Below, one piece after another: positions 8,231 to 15,116 of a DNA stretch of 21,574 bases. How positions within the stretch are numbered: the first letter of the stretch is position 1; the number at the start of each line of letters is the position of its first letter. This DNA is from Fibrobacteria bacterium (GTDB lineage: Bacteria > Fibrobacterota > Fibrobacteria > UBA11236): positions 1-21,574 of the forward strand of contig JBGTHM010000117.1 of the NCBI GenBank assembly GCA_041746255.1, given 5' to 3'. The notes below the pieces were generated by a model that was not told where the DNA came from, made no database searches, and worked only from the letters and a program-made list of their open reading frames with translations. The translations under genes were made by a program, and so were the position numbers.

Positions 8231-9004
8231 ATGGGTCACGAGTTGGACACGATTGACATTGATAGTACGTGGAGGCAAGGCGCCATCCTGCAGGCGTCAT
8301 GCGTAGCGGCGTTATGTCCAATTCTTGATGGTGATCATTATGGAATAATCGTTTCCCATGATTGCGATGTTGTCAGCAGGTCCTTGGAAAAAGAACCGGT
8401 TTTTGAGTGGGTTCCGGCTAGAGAAATCCCCAAACCGGATTCACTGAAAGAGCGAGGTCGCAACCCTCGTGAATTGCACCTGCGTCATGCCCTCGAAGGA
8501 TCTGTCCACCTCGAATTGAAAATAGTAGAACGGCAATTCCATTCCCGAAAGGAATTGCTGCCGAGAAGACCATTGGGGGTATTGGCTCCCCACCACGTGG
8601 AAACACTTCGTGGTTGGATGGGGGGGCGATATAATCGGTCAGCCTTTCCGGATGCTTTTAATGAAAGACGTAGGCGGGTTTCCAAGGAAATCCGAAAGCT
8701 GTTTGATTCGCCAGAGGGCCAATTGGTTTCAAGTCTTTATGTTTTGCTGAACACAAAAAATGAACTTGAAGAGGGAAGCGATTATAGAATTGCAATTCGA
8801 GGTATTTTGACTGATTCCGAAAATTTACCAGTTGCCCGACAAGCAGCGGAAAAGATGATGGAGGAACTGACCAAAAGGCTCGAGAAATGTTCTGGTATAC
8901 AAGTTGAAGATTCGCGGGCAATACTTGCTAAAGACTTTTCGCTGGCTGAAGCAAGATTCTACGACCCATTCGACGATTGGGACGATTTGAGCCGGGTGGA
9001 ATAG
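8231..9004 (+). CDS. Hypothetical protein (WRQG...SHDCD...EP..E...R..FP motifs), possibly a MazF/PemK-like fold plus a C-terminal domain
   Basis: 257 aa, starting 4 nt after the HTH stop. RQGAIL...GIIVSHD...LGVL resembles the PemK pattern RGDI...LVLS...IG.L. The fold assignment is inferred. Confidence 0.7.
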   Translation: MGHELDTIDIDSTWRQGAILQASCVAALCPILDGDHYGIIVSHDCDVVSRSLEKEPVFEWVPAREIPKPDSLKERGRNPRELHLRHALEGSVHLELKIVERQFHSRKELLPRRPLGVLAPHHVETLRGWMGGRYNRSAFPDAFNERRRRVSKEIRKLFDSPEGQLVSSLYVLLNTKNELEEGSDYRIAIRGILTDSENLPVARQAAEKMMEELTKRLEKCSGIQVEDSRAILAKDFSLAEARFYDPFDDWDDLSRVE

Positions 9005-9061
9005 GAAGAGGAGCCTGTGGAATTCCGCATGGCAGATACTGTGCCTCAACGGGTCCGCAAA

Positions 9062-9293
9062 CTCGGAATACCAATCCGAATCGCGATTTTATGTATAAAA
9101 AAGAGAGGGGGGTATGAGTCCAAATAAAAAGGAGATTCCCAATTATAAATCCGAAGATGAAGAACGGGCATTCTGGGATAAGGAAAGCCCTCTTGATTAC
9201 CTCGATAAAAACAAGGCTAAGAAGGTGAAGCTGGCTAATTTAAAGCCGTTAACAGAGGTCATAACAAGCCGAAGTAAAAAGGGTCCCAGGTAA
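9062..9293 (+). pseudogene. brnA: Third, internally deleted brnTA copy; retains a 59-aa ORF (9114-9293) whose first 50 aa are the BrnA N-terminus
   Basis: Segments match 3141-3164, 3247-3421 and 3551-3572 in order; RBS GAGAGGGGGGT. Confidence 0.88.
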
Positions 9294-9783
9294 AGTGCGT
9301 ACAGACCTGCAGCAATGTATTGATCCGGCGTGCTGACCAGTACCGTGGTGGATTTCACATCCGGTTCTCGCATCTAAATGCAAAGGAACCAGATTTCATC
9401 CCAAGAAGGGGTTTCTCGTTTCAAATTTGCAGGGACTTCGCAAATTCCAACTTATCTTGTCTAATCGTTTGGTAATTCATCAGGTGCTCTGCTCTTCCAA
9501 TTTAGCCATTACCTAACGAGGTCTGATCTCCACCTATCCTAAGGCCTAAAATCAATCCTCCCCCTGGTACATTCGACAATTTTTAAACCTGAGGGTAATG
9601 TACAGAACTTCTTGTTTTACTTTTCTCTTTCTGAGTAAAATACAGGCTTCCATATTTTACCGTGAACTAACCACCCGGCTCGTTCAAATTATCCAAGATG
9701 CTTCCTAAAATCGACTTGCATTGCCCGTACCCGGATCTGCCGCCCCGATAAAACAGAAGAAAATTCGACCTTACGGAATAACA

Positions 9784-9801
9784 ATAATGAATTATCATTA
9801 T
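9784..9801. promoter_or_regulatory. Fur-family (Fur/Zur-like) operator
   Basis: ATAATGA-ATTA-TCATTAT palindrome overlapping TATAAT (9799-9804), 27 bp before the ATG of a metal-binding gene. Confidence 0.6.
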
Positions 9802-9828
9802 AATTTGAACCCCAAATCCGGAGGCATC

Positions 9829-11736
9829 ATGCCTATTTATCGCTCCTTTTTCCTACAGCTCATTCCACTTGCCGCATTGACCGTTTCAGCGAATACCGTC
9901 AATTTGACGGGCAAGGTTGTCGACCATGACGAAAAATTTCCCGTCGTCGGCGCCCAGGTCAGCCTGAAAACGGCAAAACTTTCCACGACAACAGGTAACA
10001 ACGGGCTTTTCGCCCTTGTCGGAGAGCCGGCCTCCCTTTTTCCGGGGAAACCGGGACAGTCTTTCGCGCCCCGCTGGCAGCATGGACTCATGTTGGTTAC
10101 GGCCCAGAGTCGAGACATGGCGACACTTTCGGTCCATGATTTGCAGGGCCGTCAAATCGGCATAACCCAGTGGCTCGCCGTAGCCGGAACCGAGTATACC
10201 TTAAACCCCAGGGCTCTGTTGGGTGGAATCCCGACGCAAGGCGTGCTTTTGGCGCGCATGCGCCTGGGTAAGCAGGAACACGTGTTTCGCATGACCGGAA
10301 ACGGCGTCGCAGGTCCCGCTTATTTTGCCAATGAAGCGCCTCGGCAAAGGGGTCCATTGGCGCGCCATTCGGCCGTTACCGTGGTAGACACTTTGGTGGT
10401 CTCCAAAGAAGGTTTCGAAACCGTGCAAATACCGATTTCCAACTATGTAGGCGAATTGGAAGACATCGAATTGGAAGAGGAAAAGCATGTCGCCCTCGGA
10501 CGCATGTTGATTGCGGATGGTGTTTCCGCCTACTTGAAAGTGTTGGACCTGGAAACCGGAACGGTACTGGACTCTTTCCAGGTTAGCGCGGCGGGTGCGG
10601 CGGTCTATACCACGGAAGATGGTCGATTCGGATTCGCGGTGCAAGGCGGAATCAACGGGAAGGTCAATGTCGTCTATAGCGGCCTTTACGTAGAGCCCCA
10701 CGGCGATCATGTGCATCTGGAAAAAGTTGCGCCTAAGTTGCTGCCTTGGGAACTCACCGGCGTGAAACCCGTTCATTTCGTATCCCATCATGGAGAAACC
10801 GCCCTCTTTTTCGACGGGGAACGCGATACGACCCTTGTTCCCGGCCAGGCGCCTTCCCAAGTCCATTTCGTCAAGGAATCCGAGTTCTTGATGACCGAGC
10901 CCACCATCAAGAAATTCACATTGGCGGGACCTCAGCATGGCGTCGCCCTCGCGGGAAACAGCGGACGCTATCTGGTTTCGGTTCCGGATTCGCGCTTCGC
11001 GGATTTTACCAGCACCGGTAGCACGCCTTTCGGCCTGAAGGTCTATGACGCGAATTTCGCCGAACTTCAGGACTTTTCCGACACCACGAATTTTGCCCGC
11101 TCCTGCCGAGGTTTGCACGGCGAGGCCGCCAACGATATCCATGTAATCTTCGGCTGCAACGGCACCTTGGATTCCGGCGCGCTGGTTTTGTCCTGGAACC
11201 CGGGAGCAAACGAGTATACCTCCAAAAAAATCAAGTATCCGCGGGATGGTCTCAACCGCGGCGCCGGAACGGTCAAAGGACATGCGGAGCGCAACTTCTT
11301 TTTGGGTAACCTGGGCGGTAATCATCTCGCGCGATTCCGCGTTGAGGCCGACTCTTTACTCGACTCCGACATTGTCGACCTGGGCGCGGCGCTTGGTGGA
11401 TTCGAATTTGAACGCGAACATGGTGAGCATGCGGTTGTCCTTACCCGGGACGGGAAGCTGCATGTCTTCGATGTTAAAACCGGATGGAACAATAAGAGCG
11501 AAATTCAGTTATGGGACAATGCCGCTTCGAATCGCTGGGAGACTGGAAAACGCGTTCCCAAGCTGGTAACCGGTCCGGGACGCGCCTATGTCAGCGATCC
11601 GCATGAAGGCAAGGTCTATGAAATCGACATTGAGCATGCAGAGGTTGTGCGCACGATATCGCTGCCCGGCCAACCTTGGAATATGGCCGTATTCGGATGG
11701 TACGAAGTCTTCGGAGAAAATACCGGGCACCATTAA
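9829..11736 (+). CDS. Secreted AztD-like zinc-binding beta-propeller with an N-terminal carboxypeptidase-regulatory-like/sorting module
   Basis: GGAGG RBS before ATG 9829; signal peptide ending VSA; His motifs PHGDHVH, PVHFVSHH, QHGVA and CRGLHGEA; YVSDP..G.V..ID propeller end. Confidence 0.72.
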   Translation: MPIYRSFFLQLIPLAALTVSANTVNLTGKVVDHDEKFPVVGAQVSLKTAKLSTTTGNNGLFALVGEPASLFPGKPGQSFAPRWQHGLMLVTAQSRDMATLSVHDLQGRQIGITQWLAVAGTEYTLNPRALLGGIPTQGVLLARMRLGKQEHVFRMTGNGVAGPAYFANEAPRQRGPLARHSAVTVVDTLVVSKEGFETVQIPISNYVGELEDIELEEEKHVALGRMLIADGVSAYLKVLDLETGTVLDSFQVSAAGAAVYTTEDGRFGFAVQGGINGKVNVVYSGLYVEPHGDHVHLEKVAPKLLPWELTGVKPVHFVSHHGETALFFDGERDTTLVPGQAPSQVHFVKESEFLMTEPTIKKFTLAGPQHGVALAGNSGRYLVSVPDSRFADFTSTGSTPFGLKVYDANFAELQDFSDTTNFARSCRGLHGEAANDIHVIFGCNGTLDSGALVLSWNPGANEYTSKKIKYPRDGLNRGAGTVKGHAERNFFLGNLGGNHLARFRVEADSLLDSDIVDLGAALGGFEFEREHGEHAVVLTRDGKLHVFDVKTGWNNKSEIQLWDNAASNRWETGKRVPKLVTGPGRAYVSDPHEGKVYEIDIEHAEVVRTISLPGQPWNMAVFGWYEVFGENTGHH

Positions 11737-11740
11737 GATC

Positions 11741-11777
11741 AAGGAAATTGTGAAGCAACTTGTTTCACAATTTCCTT
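11741..11777. repeat. 18-1-18 inverted repeat just after the stop codon; may act as a terminator
   Basis: AAGGAAATTGTGAAGCAA-C-TTGTTTCACAATTTCCTT (one G:T pair). Confidence 0.85.
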
Positions 11778-12121
11778 TGTGTGCGCTGCAATGGGCTAGG
11801 GTTCGCAGCCCCCAAAAAGACGTTCACTATGAATTTCACTGTTGCATTCCAGTCCCTTGAGGGATACGATGCCAGACTTCGTAGTCCTTTCCCAGAGTAT
11901 TGGCTTGAAGGAGGCCCACCCGTTTTTTTCACTATACTCAATTTGAGTATAGTGAAAAAAAGCCAAAATCAACAGAAATACATGAAAACTGCCGAAAAAT
12001 ACACATTTAAGCTATCCGCAATTTGAGTATACTCGTAAATCAATGGGGCCGCTCCGAACCTCATTCCCACACGATCACCCGAAACCCCGCAACTTGTTTC
12101 ACAATTTCCTTTGCGTGCGCT
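11755..12121 (+). repeat. 33-bp direct repeat (11755-11787 and 12089-12121), 334 bp apart
   Basis: GCAACTTGTTTCACAATTTCCTTTG(T/C)GTGCGCT with one mismatch; weaker ungapped similarity continues to GGTTCG (11800/12134). Confidence 0.9.
11923..11961. repeat. Perfect 19-1-19 palindrome
   Basis: TTTTTTTCACTATACTCAA-T-TTGAGTATAGTGAAAAAAA. Confidence 0.92.
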
Positions 12122-12204
12122 ATAACAAACCAAGGTTCGAACTCTAGCGGCTGACACAAGTTAGTTGCAGAGCAGAATTCAACACCCTCCCGGCGCCGCC
12201 TTCC

Positions 12205-13614
12205 TCAGGCGGACTGGTAGGCCGGGGCCGGAAGGGTGCGCTCGATGGCATGGATGGCATATCCAAAACCCGGTCCGGTCAGCGTAGAGCGATCCACAAT
12301 CCCGTTTCGACGACGGTAAAGGCCCGGATGCACCGCCTCCTCGGGTTTGGAAGCGTCCGGATAGAACTGCATGCTGTTGGTCTCGACGCCCATGATGGTT
12401 CCCACATGCGCCGCCAATTGCACGTGGGGAATCTGCGCGAGCATGGGATTGGTCAAATCCTGTACCATGAGCGGCATGCCATGAGCCTTGGCCCAGCAGG
12501 CGGCGAGGATGGCGCCGGTCTGGGTCTTGCAGGTCTTCAAGGCTACACCCGTCCACCCTAGACGAAGGCCCAGGCGGACCAGGGTCCAATCATGGGCGCT
12601 TTCATCCATGAACAAGGGCTTCTTCGCGGACAGCGAATGCACGTCGATGGGATACTTTTCCAATTCGTAGGGGAAGGGCTGCTCGACATACAGGATTTTT
12701 TTATGAACTTCCGGATGCTCGCGTTCCAGGCGATCGAGGATGTCGATCACATAGCGGGGATCGGTCACCGTGCAGTTGAAATCCGTGGTCAGCCAGGGCA
12801 CGCCCATCTCCACCGTGATGGCCCCCACCTGTTCTAGGCGGCGGTAATCGAAAGCGGCGTCGTTCCCGCGGAGCTTGATCTTAAGGCAGGTCAGGCCGTC
12901 GCGCCGGATCCAATCCCTGAGCAGAACGGGAAAGCCGTCGTCCAATTCGCTTTCGTCCAGCTCCGAGGCTTCCAACTTGTCCATACCGCCTACCAGATGC
13001 CAGGCGGGGAGCCGGGTCGGGATGTCTTTCACGAAGTAATCCTCGGGGTAGCGTCCCGCGAAGGTGACGGAGGCGCCCTCGGCCGGTTCCAGGAAAAAGC
13101 CCAGATGTTCGTTCATGAAATTCGCATTGTAGGTTTGGTACACGGGTTTCTGAAGCAGTATCCCGTAAGCGTCGTGCAGGGCCAGGTCGAAGGCCGAGCA
13201 GCAGACCAGGGAGGCCAGGTGCGGCATCGGTTCCGCGACGTTTTGCTCGTGGTTGAATTCCTCCAAGAGGGCATGGAGCCGGTCGCGCTGGAAGGCATGG
13301 CCGATTTCCATCGGGTGCCCGGCGACAGGGAAGTCGCTCCAGGCTTTGGCCAGGCGTACGCAGAATTCCTTCAGGGCTTCGTGGCGTTGGGCATAGGGTA
13401 GGGCGCTGGGCCAAACCCATTGCACCGAGAGCGGAGTTTCGCCCCATCCCACCGCGGATTTCCCCTGCTGGTCGCGTACTTCCAGGCGTACGCGGGCGCA
13501 GGTGACGCTGGTGAGGGTTTCGTTTCCGAATTTCAGCGGCACCCGAGTCTGCACGGGCAGGAAGTAGAGGCTGGCCCCGGCGGATACGATGTCGGTGGGT
13601 TTTCGGAATGGCAT
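12205..13614 (-). CDS. Enolase-superfamily (mandelate racemase/muconate lactonizing enzyme-like) protein
   Basis: N-terminal capping domain GWGE...SAFDLALHD; KIKL (KxK); metal ligands DFN, EQP and DES; KTCK; GGAG RBS. Confidence 0.85.
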   Translation of the reverse strand: MPFRKPTDIVSAGASLYFLPVQTRVPLKFGNETLTSVTCARVRLEVRDQQGKSAVGWGETPLSVQWVWPSALPYAQRHEALKEFCVRLAKAWSDFPVAGHPMEIGHAFQRDRLHALLEEFNHEQNVAEPMPHLASLVCCSAFDLALHDAYGILLQKPVYQTYNANFMNEHLGFFLEPAEGASVTFAGRYPEDYFVKDIPTRLPAWHLVGGMDKLEASELDESELDDGFPVLLRDWIRRDGLTCLKIKLRGNDAAFDYRRLEQVGAITVEMGVPWLTTDFNCTVTDPRYVIDILDRLEREHPEVHKKILYVEQPFPYELEKYPIDVHSLSAKKPLFMDESAHDWTLVRLGLRLGWTGVALKTCKTQTGAILAACWAKAHGMPLMVQDLTNPMLAQIPHVQLAAHVGTIMGVETNSMQFYPDASKPEEAVHPGLYRRRNGIVDRSTLTGPGFGYAIHAIERTLPAPAYQSA

Positions 13615-13921
13615 GCCTTAGGTCTCCGGGAAAGGTTCGCAGGGAAAGATATTAGTTTTCCATTCAGGTATACCAAATAATCCACGCTATTGTCCCTGAC
13701 CGGGATGTTGAAGCTCGTGCCCTCACCTTTGGAAGCGATTCTAATCGGTGTAATACACCTGGGTATTTGCATACGCGGCTACACAGCAACAAAAAGTCAG
13801 GTAGGTTGTCACAATTCGAAAGTAGGCGGGAAAGGAATTTTATGCTTCCTATCCATTTATGATTTTTGGTGAATTCGTTATAAATAAAAGGCAAGTTGGT
13901 AAAAAACCGAATCGAAGGGGG

Positions 13922-14887
13922 TTACCTGCTCAAGGCCGGAACGCGCCTGCCGGAAACCAGGTGGTAATCCAACCGTCCCGGTAGCGCATACAACGGATAG
14001 AGATGCGGCCAGGTCCGGTCCCCTCTGGAAACTTTATAACCTTGCCGTGATAACCCGGTCGTGGGTTCGAGGGGGAGGGTGGAAACCACGAATTCATCGA
14101 AAAGCGCGTAATTATCCGCGCTTGGGGCATCCACTATGTTACCCCCGAAAAACGTGGAAAAGAAAAACAGGGTTATACCCACTCGCGGATTGCTGCGAAA
14201 GCGGATGCCCGTATAGCTGCCCGCCGGATTTCCATCCAACCATGCCTCCATGAGGCCGTCCTGCGCCCCTACGGTATTCATCCGATAATGCAGTACAATG
14301 TGGTGCCATTTATTCGTCTGGAACTTGAAGGACGAGCCGCCCTGGATCCAGGGATATTTCTTTTCGCTTTCGAGCGGGCTGTGCAGATAGAATTCAGGGA
14401 TGGCCTCCCGCCACATCAGCTTACCGCTCCATTCGGTGGATGCTACTCTGTCCTGGAAGTCCAATCCTCCCCCGAAACCGGGTAGTTTGCCGATCTTATC
14501 GAATTCGAATCCAGATTCGAATTTCACGTAATAGCTGAGATACAGTTCATCGAAGGTTCCGCCCAAATCGGTTTTCCATTGGGCCCCGCTCGGACTACTG
14601 TCAAAACCGCCTTTAGGGAATTTCACCCTGAGCGACTTGCCCTTTCCATCCGGGGTATCGCTGACTATGGTCACCCGGTTTTCACCCTCCCCCTTGCGTT
14701 CAAAACCGGTTGCGCTGGTCGTTTTGAAATCGCGAATCAGCTGCTCCAGGGTATATTCGCCCAACGGAAAAGCATTGCAATCTTGTTGGAAAAGCACTTG
14801 CGCGGAAGTGATGTATCATATTGAGATTGCCATTGAGAAACCGATCGCGGTGAGCGTCCGATTAGCCGGCTTGACCAGAGTTGTCAT
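13922..14887 (-). pseudogene. PL14-like polysaccharide (alginate-type) lyase with an in-frame TGA in its signal peptide; mature-domain ORF 13922-14797 is intact
   Basis: LSYYVKF..GFEF.K.GKLPG, KLMWR, DGLMEAWLDG and FFSTFFGG motifs. The upstream in-frame ATG 14887 gives MTTLVKPANRTLTAIGFSMAISI*YITSA-QVLF, with TGA at 14818-14816. Confidence 0.75.
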
Positions 14888-14907
14888 GAGGTAATATAAT
14901 CAACGCA
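14871..14907. promoter_or_regulatory. Compact bidirectional promoter between two divergent SD-less ATGs
   Basis: Plus strand: TTGACC (14871-76), 18 bp, TATAAT (14895-900), 7 nt, ATG 14908. Minus strand: TATATT, 5 nt, ATG 14887. Only 20 bp separate the two genes. Confidence 0.55.
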
Positions 14908-15093
14908 ATGCGCTGGAAATTCATATTGGCCGTCTTCCTGTTACCCTTGCCCGCGTGGGCGTATCTGGACCCGGGTGCCGGCAGCTATTTCATCCAGATG
15001 TTTCTGGCCGCGATATTAGGCGGACTGTTTGCGTTCAAAAATTTTTGGAGGCATGCGTGGGCGCGCCTCCGGGATAAATTCCTTAGGCGCTGA
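14908..15093 (+). CDS. Small membrane protein with an AYLDPGxGS motif
   Basis: Signal-like N-terminus ending AWA, then YLDPGAGS, a transmembrane helix and a basic tail. Confidence 0.75.
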   Translation: MRWKFILAVFLLPLPAWAYLDPGAGSYFIQMFLAAILGGLFAFKNFWRHAWARLRDKFLRR

Positions 15094-15116
15094 TAATCCG
15101 GATACTTCTATCCACG

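Noticed and set aside
3570..9300. Integron cassette array
   Set aside because: I found no convincing attC sites (RYYYAAC...GTTRRRY with paired arms) and no integrase, and gene orientations are mixed.
9285..9520. Decayed minus-strand coding-like sequence (SWDEIWFLCI*MREPDVKSTTVLVSTPDQY...)
   Set aside because: Multiple stops and no identifiable homology by eye.
9721..9828. Longer TTG start for the AztD-like gene
   Set aside because: ATG 9829 has a GGAGG RBS and gives a proper signal peptide; the extension overlaps the operator and promoter.
10201..11325. 374-aa minus-strand ORF
   Set aside because: Antisense shadow of the AztD-like gene.
11760..12157. Small ORFs in the palindrome-rich spacer
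   Set aside because: They run through repeats, lack RBSs, and do not look like real proteins.
425..14818. TGA reassignment or selenocysteine to explain in-frame TGAs in the protease and lyase
   Set aside because: TGA is a true stop for many genes here (GH, dinJ, TIGR04255, arsM, kaiC), and the protease TGA is followed by TAA.
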